A stretch of DNA of 64,000 nucleotides from Ferruginibacter sp. (lineage in GTDB: Bacteria; Bacteroidota; Bacteroidia; Chitinophagales; Chitinophagaceae), in NCBI GenBank assembly GCA_046596255.1, contig JBKJMZ010000013.1, positions 263 to 64,262 of the forward strand. The letters are read 5' to 3'. A program made the translations under genes and the position numbers. The notes under the pieces are model-generated. The model worked only from the letters and a program-made list of their open reading frames with translations. It had not been told where the DNA came from and searched no databases. Shown here piece by piece: positions 1 to 10,500 of this stretch. Numbering within the stretch: position 1 is the first letter of the stretch; each line of letters opens with the position of its first letter.

Positions 1-121
1 GCGGGGATGGTGAAATGATCTTTAACTTTTTAAAACAACATACTTTTTTGATTTAATCTTTTTTATAATTGTAATTGTTAAAAATTAGACCCTTTAAGAA
101 TTATTCAGCCTATATTTAAAC

Positions 122-3100
122 ATGCTAATCCAACTGTGTAAGAAACCGATTTTCTTTATTACCCTGTTATTATGCGGCGTAGATGCCGAAGCCCAGGAGC
201 CAAAACTTATCCTGCCTTTTAGCCCGGGCATTGTTTCTAACATGAAATTTTCTCCTGACGGGAAAAGAATATTAACCCAGGCTGATAATAAAAAAGGCAC
301 ACTTACATCTCCTTTATTATGGAACACCCAAACTGGGAAGCTCTTAGCGGTTTTATCGGGTCATACAGGGGAAGTGCGGGAAGCAATATTTTCTCCCGAC
401 AGCAAAAAAATTATAAGCTATTCTTTTATTGATGACAATCGAGTTAGGTTATGGGATGCCATATCAGGCAGGGTTCTTTATATATTAGGTAAGCATGAAG
501 TTTCCATTGATGCCGCTGCTTTTTCACCCGATTCAAAGAAAGTGGCAATTATCATTTCTGATACCATCCAGGTATGGGATACAGAAACAGGCCAGTTGAT
601 AAATAGCATCGATGAATTCGGCGGACTTCTTTCTACATGCACGATAAGCTTTTCGCCCGATGGAAAAAAATTATTAACCACTACTAAAGACAGTATCGCA
701 CAGGTATGGGATGTAGAAACTGGAAAAGACATAGTTACATTGAGCGGGCAGGGACATGTAATTAGTTCCGCTTCATTTTCTCCTGATGGCCTGCAGGTTT
801 TAACCATATCTGAAGATACGGTAATAAGAGTATTGAATGCACAATCCGGGAAGGTTTTACACAGGCTTGGCGGATACAAGGGAGGCATAAAATTTGCCCG
901 GTTTTCGCCCGATGGAAAAAAAATATACTCGGCAACTATTGTTACACCTTTTATGCCTGTTAAACATATAAAAATTTGGTCCGCAGAAATGGGTATATTG
1001 CTGCTGAATAAAAAAATAGAAAGCTCCACTTCACCTGTATTTGCCATTTCAAACGATGGCACAAAAATCGTTACAGGGTTTACTGACCAGGAAAATAAAA
1101 TCATTTTACAGGATATTGAATCGGAAAAAGTAGTCGGGGAATTTAATAATTCTGCCGAGATATCTTCTGTAACCCTTTCGACAGATAATAAAAAGATAGC
1201 AACAGGATCATGGGATGAGAATGTACATATATGGAACCTTGAGACAGGGTCTCTTATAACAACCCTTAACGGTCATACATTGGAAGCTGGGAGCGCCCTT
1301 CAGTCGGCCGATGGCGAAAGGATCATAAGCCAGCGTGATTGGGAAGCTGTGCAGATATGGAACAGGCGAACAGGGGCTTTATTGAGTACTATTTATGATG
1401 CTAATTTCATTGAAGGTTCAGATGTTTTATCCCCTGATGGAAAAAGATTGATCTTAAAGATCATTGAGAACCCCTCTAAAAAACCCAAACCTTTTACACC
1501 CGGAACAACATCAATTGAAGTTCATTCTCTATTCACAAAATTAATGCGGGGCAACGCTGAACTTTGGGAACCGGATAGTGCAAAGTTCATAGGCTTTTTG
1601 GGCCAGGGTAAGGAAACAGTGAGGGCCCGTTTTTCGGCAGATAGTAAATTATTGTTTACTACAAATGAAGATGGAGTTACAACCATCAGGAATGGGCTAA
1701 CAGGCGATTCCCTTTTTTCAATTAAACAGGATAGAGAAAATGCAGCAGTAAATTTTTCTCCTGACAGCAAAAAGATCGCAGCATCGGTTGATAAGATCAT
1801 AAAGGTTTTTAATTGCACTTCGGGTGCCTTATTATTCACGTTTAAAGACCATAAGGAAGCGGTTCAACAGGTGGTATTTACTCCTGATGGGAAAAAACTG
1901 GTGACATCATCCCGGGATGCAATTAAAATATGGGATGCTGCTTCGGGACTTTTACAAAAATCGCTGATACATGGAGAAGAAGGGAATCCAAAAATTCAGA
2001 TTTCCCCTAACAGTAAACTGATGTCTGTACGAAGTGAGGACAAACTCGATATTTGGGATCTTGATGGAGGCGAACAGATTACCCATATGAAGGATGACTA
2101 TCCCTCCGTTTTGCATGAGGATAATAAAATGCTTGTGTTTAGTCCTGATGAGAAGCTATTCGCTTTTCTTGCTGAGGATAATTCAGTTTTAGTGTTTGAG
2201 ACACATTTCGGACTGGAGAAAGTCAGGCTCCCTGGTCACCCCGAACCTATATCTTCCATAATATTTTCTAAGGATTCCAAAAGCATAGCTGTCGTTTTTC
2301 CGAATTTTATTGAGGTTTGGAATGCTGAAACAGGGGAGCGAATTGATCCGGTGTCACAGCCCGAACCCATTCAATTCTTTGATAATAATTTCTATAACAG
2401 TAAAAGGGTGAGTTTGAATAACGGGCTTGTAGTTGTGTCTGACTTGGAGACCGGGAAACAGATCTATTCTTTTGTGGGAGTTGATAGTACAGAATTTTTT
2501 TACCAACTCCCTTCGGGTTATTATTATATTTCTTCGCCACAGGTTGCAAAGATGTTGCATTATGTTACACCCGACCAGCGCGTGATAGGTTTTGAGCAAT
2601 TGGATGTAAAGTTCAACCGCCCCGACCTTATTCTGCCGGTAATTGGTTCAACTGACACGGCCCTGATCGACTCTTACAGAAAAGCCTATGAAAAAAGGAT
2701 AAAAAAACTCCGTATTGATACAGCTTCATTTAGTGTCGGCTTTGGATTGCCCGAAGCCGATTTTTCGGATAGGGCAAAAATCGTGTTTGAACAAAGGGAA
2801 AATAAATTATCGCTGAATATAAAGGGGAAAGACGCTGTGTATGAACTTGACCGTTTTAACCTTTGGATAAATGAAGTGCCTTTATTTGGCCAGCGGGGCA
2901 TAAGCTTAAAAAATAAAATGAAGAAAGTTTTTGATACGACAATTACAGTGATCTTATCGGGTGGAAATAATCAACTGGAGACCTCCATATCCAATGTGAA
3001 CGGTACAGAAAGTTACCGGGTCCCACTGACTGTAAATTATATACCGGAGGTAAAACCAAAAGAGCAAATATATTTTATCGGAATCGGCATTGACCAGTTT

Positions 3101-3847
3101 GTTCAAAGCAAATACAACCTTAAGTACAGCACAAAGGATATCCGCGACCTTGCAAACAAATTAAAAGAAAAGTATACGGGCATCATCATTGATACTTTGT
3201 TCAATGAAAATGTAACTATTAGCAATGTAAAAGCCTTAAAACAAAAACTGCTACAAACCAATGTCAATGATAAAGTGATCATTTCTTATTCCGGCCATGG
3301 TATGCTGAGTAAGGATTTTGATTACTATCTTTCAACCTATGGGGTGAACTTTGATAAACCCGAAGAAAACGGCCTGCCTTACGATGAACTGGAAAGTTTA
3401 CTGGATAGTATCCCTGCCCGAAAAAAACTAATGCTTATTGATGCTTGTCATAGCGGTGAAGTGGATAAGGACGATTTAGTTGCCCTTAATGCAACAGATA
3501 CAAAATTGATCAAAGGACTTAAACCCGTTGCTTACAAAAAAGAAGGCCAGTTAGGGTTAAAGAACAGCTTTGAACTGATGCAAAGCCTTTTTGTGAATGT
3601 AGGCAAGAGCACCGGGGCAACTATCATCTCAGCAGCTGCAGGTACCCAGTTTGCACTGGAAGGAGTAGACAATCTTCCCAATGGGGTTTTTACCTACAGC
3701 ATTTTGGAAGCCATGAATAAATATCCAACAATGAAGATCAGTGAACTGAAAAAGATCGTGGGGGATCGGGTGGTAGAGATCACCAAGGGTTTACAAAAAC
3801 CTACCAGCAGGAATGAAACCATTGCGGTGGATTGGGAAATATGGTAA
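122..3847 (+). CDS. Exported WD40-repeat / caspase-like (peptidase C14) fusion protein, paralog 1
   Basis: 1241-aa ORF. N-terminal signal peptide (..LLLCGVDAEA|QEP). Repeated WD40-type blades (GH..V...FSPDGK....D.t...WD..tG). Linker shared by all four paralogs (YYY..., FEQLDVKFNRPD, SYRKAYEKRIKKL). The C-terminal caspase fold starts at YFIGIGIDQF (nt 3071), with His in ISYSGHGM (codon 3296-3298) and Cys in LIDACHSGE (codon 3446-3448). Confidence 0.85.
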   Translation: MLIQLCKKPIFFITLLLCGVDAEAQEPKLILPFSPGIVSNMKFSPDGKRILTQADNKKGTLTSPLLWNTQTGKLLAVLSGHTGEVREAIFSPDSKKIISYSFIDDNRVRLWDAISGRVLYILGKHEVSIDAAAFSPDSKKVAIIISDTIQVWDTETGQLINSIDEFGGLLSTCTISFSPDGKKLLTTTKDSIAQVWDVETGKDIVTLSGQGHVISSASFSPDGLQVLTISEDTVIRVLNAQSGKVLHRLGGYKGGIKFARFSPDGKKIYSATIVTPFMPVKHIKIWSAEMGILLLNKKIESSTSPVFAISNDGTKIVTGFTDQENKIILQDIESEKVVGEFNNSAEISSVTLSTDNKKIATGSWDENVHIWNLETGSLITTLNGHTLEAGSALQSADGERIISQRDWEAVQIWNRRTGALLSTIYDANFIEGSDVLSPDGKRLILKIIENPSKKPKPFTPGTTSIEVHSLFTKLMRGNAELWEPDSAKFIGFLGQGKETVRARFSADSKLLFTTNEDGVTTIRNGLTGDSLFSIKQDRENAAVNFSPDSKKIAASVDKIIKVFNCTSGALLFTFKDHKEAVQQVVFTPDGKKLVTSSRDAIKIWDAASGLLQKSLIHGEEGNPKIQISPNSKLMSVRSEDKLDIWDLDGGEQITHMKDDYPSVLHEDNKMLVFSPDEKLFAFLAEDNSVLVFETHFGLEKVRLPGHPEPISSIIFSKDSKSIAVVFPNFIEVWNAETGERIDPVSQPEPIQFFDNNFYNSKRVSLNNGLVVVSDLETGKQIYSFVGVDSTEFFYQLPSGYYYISSPQVAKMLHYVTPDQRVIGFEQLDVKFNRPDLILPVIGSTDTALIDSYRKAYEKRIKKLRIDTASFSVGFGLPEADFSDRAKIVFEQRENKLSLNIKGKDAVYELDRFNLWINEVPLFGQRGISLKNKMKKVFDTTITVILSGGNNQLETSISNVNGTESYRVPLTVNYIPEVKPKEQIYFIGIGIDQFVQSKYNLKYSTKDIRDLANKLKEKYTGIIIDTLFNENVTISNVKALKQKLLQTNVNDKVIISYSGHGMLSKDFDYYLSTYGVNFDKPEENGLPYDELESLLDSIPARKKLMLIDACHSGEVDKDDLVALNATDTKLIKGLKPVAYKKEGQLGLKNSFELMQSLFVNVGKSTGATIISAAAGTQFALEGVDNLPNGVFTYSILEAMNKYPTMKISELKKIVGDRVVEITKGLQKPTSRNETIAVDWEIW

Positions 3848-3962
3848 AGAAAGCAGAAAATCCAAATTCGAATTGAGCGGCACAAAAGATAAGTTGAATG
3901 AACTTGCTGCTGCGGTGGCGGAGAAGTCGGCGGTGATGGTAAAGTAAGTTTTAAAAAACGCT

Positions 3963-6900
3963 ATGAGCAAAATATTACTGGTTATCTTTTGTTTTGCTAC
4001 AACAATGGTTTGGGGGCAACAGGCCAAATTAATGTTGCCCGTTGGGCATACGAAAGCAGTGCTTGCGGTTGACTTCAGTATAGATAGTAAAATGTTGGTT
4101 TCAGGATCGGATGATAATACTGCAAAGCTATGGGATGTTGCCAGCGGTAAAGAATTATTATCTTTTGCAGGGCATACAGATCGGGTGGTCTCAGTAAAAT
4201 TCTTCAACAATGACCTGTATTTAATTTCCGGCTCGGAAGATAATACTGTTAAGATCTGGAATTGCAAAACAGGTAAATTAGTTTTTGATCTGAAAGGACA
4301 TACAGGTAGAATTAATGCAGTTAATTTAAGTCCTGATGAAAAGTTGGTAATAACTGCTTCAGACGACAGAACTGCAAAGATCTGGGACATTGAAACCGGC
4401 ATATTATTACATACTTTAACCAGTCATCAATGGGCTGTTAAGAAGGCAATTTTTGATCTAACTGCAACAAAAGCCATTACAGTTTCTGAAGATAACATGG
4501 CAGTAATTTGGGAAGTAGCTACCGGAAAAATTTTAAAACAACTTACACATCACCGGGGAGCCCTTAGTGATGTTTGCCAAATACCCGGTACTAACCTTAT
4601 CATAACAGCATCCATAGATCACTCGGCTGCTGTTGTGAATATTGAAAGCGGCAAAGTAATTCAAGAATTTACCGGGCATACAAATGATGTTACAAAAGTT
4701 ATTGCCGCCAATAGTGGAAAACTAGCATTCACAACATCAGTGGATAGTACAATAATATGTTGGGATATTAAAACTGGTAAATTAATGTATCGTAGCAGCC
4801 ATAATGCACAGATTTTAGATATAAGCATAAGCCCAGATGATAAATGGATTGCAACAGCTTCATCAGATAATTTAATAAGAATTTGGAATGCGGCATCAGG
4901 CAAAGAGCTTCATAAACTTATTGGCCATGAGGCTGGTGTAAGAGCCGTCTCATTCAATAAAAATTCGGCAATATTAGCTTCGGGCTCAAATGATAATCGC
5001 ATAAAATTATGGAATACAAAGGAGGCGGAACTAATTAGAACTATAAGTACTCATACCGAGACCGTTATATTTATGGCATATTCCGAAGACAGTGTATATT
5101 ATCTTACCACTGCCAATGATGATCAAAAAAATTCTATCTGGAATAAAGCTAAATCAATAATAATAGCTATTGTTGAAACTGCTACAGGTAAAGAAATATC
5201 AAGGAAGATTTTCAGCGTTGATAGTATTTCTAATGAATTTGATGCAATTGTGTATAGCATGGATGGTAAATTTTATATTACAAAGGATACCAAAGGTAAT
5301 TTGAGCATCCATGATGCGTTTTCAACCCAGCATGTTCGAACCATTAAAAATTCCGGTAATACAATTATAGATCCTGCGTTTTTCGAAAGTTCCGGAAAGG
5401 TTATATCGGTCTATGATAAGCATTATATTAAGGTTTGGGATATAAAGGATTCACTTAAAGATGAAGTCTTAATTAAGGAGAAGTTGCAGATTACGCGGTT
5501 CAAATATTTTCATAATGCTCGTGAGTTATACTACTTAACAAAGTTGAATGAGCTTGTAAATTTTAATTGCAGGATAAAAAAAATAAAATCAAGGATAAAG
5601 CTTTTCCCAGCTGGTAAAATTACTTTTTTTGCAAAAGAAGAACAGGTTGCTGTTTACATGGCAGATAAAAAAGCATTATTTATTGAAGGCAATTCGGGAA
5701 CACTACGAAAATATATTCTACAGATCAAGGGAGAGGCGGAAGAGCCAAAGATCGTTGAAAACAGGAAGGCAATAATGTTTTTTGAGAATAAGGAATATGC
5801 CAGGATTTATGATATTAAAACCGGCAGGTTAAAACTGCAGTTTAAAGTTTGGGATCAATTAGGATATATTGGATTTGTAAACAGCAGTGGTGATAAATTT
5901 TATCATTCACAGGAAGATAATTCAATAGCAGAGCGGAATTTAGTAAATGGAAAAGCAGAACGAAAATTTATAAAACATCAAAACTGGCTTACACACATCG
6001 CTCCATACCCGCTTAAAAACATGATGATTTCCTATGGCTGGGATAACCAGTCTGTTATATGGGATAAAGAAAAAGCTTTGCCGGTTTGCTACAGGTTACA
6101 ATTGAAAGATAATAACTGGATAAATTATCTACCAACAGGTTACTATTACGCCACGCCCGACGCATCAAAGCTTCTTTATTATGTAACCAGAGATTTAAAA
6201 ATAATAAGCTTTGATCAATTGGATGTAAAGTATAACCGTCCCGACAAAGTGCTGCAAGCACTTGGCAATACAGACACTTCATTAATAAATTCTTACCGTA
6301 GGGCTTATGAAAAAAGAATTAAGAAACTGGGGATTGATACTACTACATTTATGGATGGTTTCGGTGTTCCGGAAAGCAATCTTGCAAACCGGGAGCAGTT
6401 GGAATTTGAGCTGACAAATGAATTGCTGGATTTACAAATTAAACTTTTTGATAGTACCTACAAACTTGACCGGTTTAATGTTTGGTTAAATGAAGTGCCC
6501 GTTTTTGGACAGCGGGGAGTAAATATCAGAAAGAATAATACACGACAACTGGACACCGCAATCAGGGTACAACTATCGCAGGGATACAACCTTTTAGAAA
6601 CCACCGTATATAATGTGAACGGTACCGAAAGCTACCGCATGCCCTTGCAGGTAAATTATACGCCTGCCAATAAACAGTCAGAAAGAACATATTTCATAGG
6701 TATTGGCATTGATCAGTTCGTTGACAGTAAGTACAATTTAAAGTACAGCACAAAAGATATCCGTGATCTCATCAAAAAACTAAAAGAAAAATATAATGAC
6801 ATTATCATAGATACCTTATTCAATGAAGATGTAACCATCAATAAGGTAAAAGTATTAAAACAAAAACTGCTGCAAACTACAGTAAATGATAAAGTCATTA

Positions 6901-7466
6901 TTTCTTACTCCGGCCACGGCATGTTAAGCAAAGATTTTGATTATTTCCTTTCAACCTATGCAGTAAATTTTGATAAGCCTGAAGAGAATGGCCTGCCTTA
7001 CGATGAGCTGGAAAGTCTGTTAGACAGTATTCCTGCCCGTAAAAAATTAATGCTCATTGATGCCTGCCATAGCGGTGAAGTAGACAAGGATTACCTGGTT
7101 GCCCTAAATGCCACGGATAAAAAATTGATCAAAGGACTTAAACCCGTTGCTTACAAAAAAGAAGGCCAGCTGGGATTAAAAAATAGCTTTGAACTGATGC
7201 AAAGCCTTTTTGTGAATGTAGGCAAAAGCACCGGCGCCACCATCATCTCAGCCGCAGCGGGTACCCAGTTTGCGCTGGAAGGAGTGGATAATCTTCCCAA
7301 TGGTGTATTTACATACTGCATACTTGAGGCAATGAATAAATATCCAACAATGAAGATCAGTGAACTAAAGAAGATCGTTGGAGAGAGAGTGGTAGAGATC
7401 ACAAAAGGATTACAAAGGCCAACCAGCAGGAATGAAACGATAGCGGTGGATTGGGAAGTATGGTAA
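3963..7466 (+). CDS. Exported WD40-repeat / caspase-like (peptidase C14) fusion protein, paralog 2
   Basis: 1167-aa ORF. Signal peptide (..TTMVWG|QQA). Very canonical WD40 blades at the N-terminus (GHTKAVLAVDFS..SGSDDNTAKLWDVASG, GHTDRVVSVKF..SGSEDNTVKIWNCKTG, GHTGRINAVNLSPD..ASDDRTAKIWDIETG). Same linker (FDQLDVKYNRPD, SYRRAYEKRIKKL). Caspase module from nt 6690, with His codon 6915-6917 (SYSGHGM) and Cys codon 7065-7067 (DACHSGE). Confidence 0.9.
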   Translation: MSKILLVIFCFATTMVWGQQAKLMLPVGHTKAVLAVDFSIDSKMLVSGSDDNTAKLWDVASGKELLSFAGHTDRVVSVKFFNNDLYLISGSEDNTVKIWNCKTGKLVFDLKGHTGRINAVNLSPDEKLVITASDDRTAKIWDIETGILLHTLTSHQWAVKKAIFDLTATKAITVSEDNMAVIWEVATGKILKQLTHHRGALSDVCQIPGTNLIITASIDHSAAVVNIESGKVIQEFTGHTNDVTKVIAANSGKLAFTTSVDSTIICWDIKTGKLMYRSSHNAQILDISISPDDKWIATASSDNLIRIWNAASGKELHKLIGHEAGVRAVSFNKNSAILASGSNDNRIKLWNTKEAELIRTISTHTETVIFMAYSEDSVYYLTTANDDQKNSIWNKAKSIIIAIVETATGKEISRKIFSVDSISNEFDAIVYSMDGKFYITKDTKGNLSIHDAFSTQHVRTIKNSGNTIIDPAFFESSGKVISVYDKHYIKVWDIKDSLKDEVLIKEKLQITRFKYFHNARELYYLTKLNELVNFNCRIKKIKSRIKLFPAGKITFFAKEEQVAVYMADKKALFIEGNSGTLRKYILQIKGEAEEPKIVENRKAIMFFENKEYARIYDIKTGRLKLQFKVWDQLGYIGFVNSSGDKFYHSQEDNSIAERNLVNGKAERKFIKHQNWLTHIAPYPLKNMMISYGWDNQSVIWDKEKALPVCYRLQLKDNNWINYLPTGYYYATPDASKLLYYVTRDLKIISFDQLDVKYNRPDKVLQALGNTDTSLINSYRRAYEKRIKKLGIDTTTFMDGFGVPESNLANREQLEFELTNELLDLQIKLFDSTYKLDRFNVWLNEVPVFGQRGVNIRKNNTRQLDTAIRVQLSQGYNLLETTVYNVNGTESYRMPLQVNYTPANKQSERTYFIGIGIDQFVDSKYNLKYSTKDIRDLIKKLKEKYNDIIIDTLFNEDVTINKVKVLKQKLLQTTVNDKVIISYSGHGMLSKDFDYFLSTYAVNFDKPEENGLPYDELESLLDSIPARKKLMLIDACHSGEVDKDYLVALNATDKKLIKGLKPVAYKKEGQLGLKNSFELMQSLFVNVGKSTGATIISAAAGTQFALEGVDNLPNGVFTYCILEAMNKYPTMKISELKKIVGERVVEITKGLQRPTSRNETIAVDWEVW

Positions 7467-7585
7467 CACTAACAAAATTATTTATAGTAGTATTTAAATT
7501 ACAGTTCCCTGGCATCGTTGAAAAATACCATCTTTTGGTATTACAGATCATAACAAAACACAGTACCTTTTACAAAAATTAGGTT

Positions 7586-10500
7586 ATGCCAACAAAATTC
7601 TTACTCATTCTTATTATTTATACTTCATTCACCGGAACTTATAGTAAAGCACAACAACCCGAAATTATTTTGCCTATCGGCCATACTGAAGACATCTATT
7701 CAACATCCTATACAAAAGATGGCAGGTTTATAATTACTGCTGCATATGATAATACAGCAAAATTATGGGATGCTTATTCAGGAAACCTGCTTCATACATT
7801 TTCGGGTTTATTTCATACCCCCGGGCATATCGTCAATATAGGTAATACAACATTTTTAAGTACCGATGGTAAATACCTGCTTACACTTACGATCGATGGT
7901 TTTCTTCAAAAGTGGGAACTTCAAACAATCAAACTAATGTATTCAATTGCGGTTGAGAACGCTGTTGCAACAAGAATAGCATATAGCGCCAATGGGGCTT
8001 ACCTGCTTTTAAAGAGAGAAACGTACGATGGTTCACATACAGAAATTATTGATGCCCTTTCAGGAAAACGGTTATACAATTTGAGTGGAGGCGGCAACAA
8101 GAATAATTTGATCGAATGTAGCCCGGATGGCAGGTTTATTCTTTTGCAGAAAAACAGTTTATTGTTTTTATATAATGCAGCTAATGGTAAAGTTTTGAAG
8201 AAGCTCGATCCTCCCCGAAACTTTAATGATGCTTTTTTTAGCCCGGGCGGAAAATATATTGTAATTCTTCAACCCAATTCCAGTTTGTTAAACCTATGGA
8301 GGGTAAGCGACGGTTCACTTCACAAGGTTTCGGTTTCCGGCACATTTGAATTTAGCCCGGATAGCAAATACATACTTTCAACAAACAACAAGCGGCTGCA
8401 TTTAATAAACACAGAAAGCGGCGATGTTGTTCACCAATTTGAAGAAATGATCAGTAACAAAATGCTTGGGCATTTTAGTGAAGATGGGAACCATATTTAT
8501 TTAACACGCAACCGACAGCTTATAAGAGGCGATGAACCCTATGACTCTGTAACTCTCATTTGGGAAACGGCAACCAAACGGCTGGTTCATACTTTACGGG
8601 GAAATGGCTATGATATGCATACGGTTGTTTTTAGTGCCGATAACAGGTATATAGCAACAGTTGCGGGTAATGCAGTTGTTTGGGATGCCGAAACAGGCAA
8701 ATTGATAAATTCATTTGAAGGGCAGCAGGTAGACTTTAGTCCGGATGGTAAAACCCTAACGGTTACAGGAAAAAGAGAAGCATTAGTATTCAGCCTGGGG
8801 TTGAAAGAAAAACTGGCTGAGTTAAAAGGGTATAGCAATAACATCTCCAGTGCCATTTTTAGCCCCAACGGTAAACTACTGCTTACACTTTCAAACGAAT
8901 TAAATGCAAAACTATGGGATGTTGGTACCGGGAAGATCATAAACACATTTAAAGATGCATCCGAAATTAATAATGCCGCCCTTTCAAATGACGGCCGGTT
9001 TATGTTGATCACCACTGCAAAAAAATTAACTAAATTAATAAACCTGGCTACCAGCAAAGCCGAATATGTGTTAGACCAGACCGGCATCAACAGCGCATCC
9101 TTTAGCCCAAATGGGCAACAGGTGATAACTACTTCAGAAGATCAATTGATAACTAGCTGGGAAGCTGCTACCGGTAAGCTCTTAAAAAAAATAAAAGAAG
9201 AATATGCCGTAAGCGATGCAGCAATAAGTGCTGATGGAAATTTTGCTTACTATGTTTTTGGACAAAGCGCAGCGGCAGTTTTGGAATTTACAACCGGCAG
9301 GATATTTAAAATTTATCTTGGGGATGAAAATATTGTAAGATGCCGGTTTAGCGCCGATGGAAAAAGGATTTTAGTTTTAGGCGAAAAGGGAACTGCCCGG
9401 CTCTACGAAACATCAACCGAAAAAATGATAGCCCAATTTAGTGAGGGATCTAAAACAGAATATGGCGTTTCGTATTTGGGTGGCTATAATTATAGGAATT
9501 TATGGCAAAGCCGTTACCGCCATTTTAGTGCTGATGGAAAATACCTGGTCTTCCGTACTTATTTTGACAAATACCTGGTAGTAAGAAATATGGATGACCT
9601 GGGAGTGATTGACACGATACACCTAAATAGTGGGTTGATCAATGATATAGGGTTTATCCCGGGCTCATCATTGCTGGTTACCGGGTCGCTGGATGATACG
9701 ATCAGGATATGGCAGAAAAAGAAAAGCAGGTTTGAAGTAGTTAAAAAATTTGTAGGAAATGGATTTGAATATTCCGCTGATGGCAAAAAATTATTGATCA
9801 TTAATAAGGTGCAGTTGATTTTTTATGATATCCCGGAAGATCGCATCTTGTACAAAGCATTGGCAATAAATGAAAGTGATTTTTTTACCCAGCTACCAGG
9901 TAAACCTTTTTACGCAGCAACAAAGGAAGCGGTAAAAAACCTGGGTTTCCGGGTGGGTAAGGAATATTTTTCTTTTGACCAGTTTGATCTGCAGTTAAAC
10001 CGCCCCGATATAGTGCTGACAGGGATTGGGTTTGCTGATACTTCGTTAATAACCGCATATAAAAAAGCGTACTCTAAAAGAGTTAAACGATCCGGATTAA
10101 AAACCAGGGAATTTTCGGAACGCATCAACCTTCCCGTGGTACAGGTAAACGGGCGGGAACCTTATGGCGAAATAAAGCATTCGGTGTTAACATTTCAATT
10201 TACTGCCTACGATCAACAGCAGCTTTTAGATCGTTATGATATCGCTGTTAATGATGTGCCGCTTTATGGCATCAACGGGTATAGCCTGAGATCATTGCAT
10301 ACAAAGCGAATAACAAAAAAGGTCAGTATTCCCCTCTCGGAAGGAATTAATATCATTAAAATAACTGCTGTAAACGGGAATGCTGATGAAAGTTTTAAGA
10401 AAACGCTTTTAGTTACTCACCCAGGGGACAAAAAATTACAGGCACCTAAGCTGTATTTTATTGGAATTGGTATAGACCAGTTTGCAAACAGCAATTACAA

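Noticed and set aside
404-923. A7-A8 homopolymers inside paralog 1 (404-410, 664-670, 916-923) as possible phase-variation switches.
   Set aside because: They arise naturally from the GKK/SKK (GGA AAA AAA) codons of the FSPDGKK repeat in an AT-rich genome. All four genes are intact, so the sequence gives no evidence of slippage.
3848-3962. A GC-richer patch (GCTGCTGCGGTGGCGGAGAAGTCGGCGGTGATGG) in the spacer between paralogs 1 and 2.
   Set aside because: It encodes at most about 15-20 codons in any frame, with no repeat or hairpin symmetry that I can see. I note it only as a compositional oddity.
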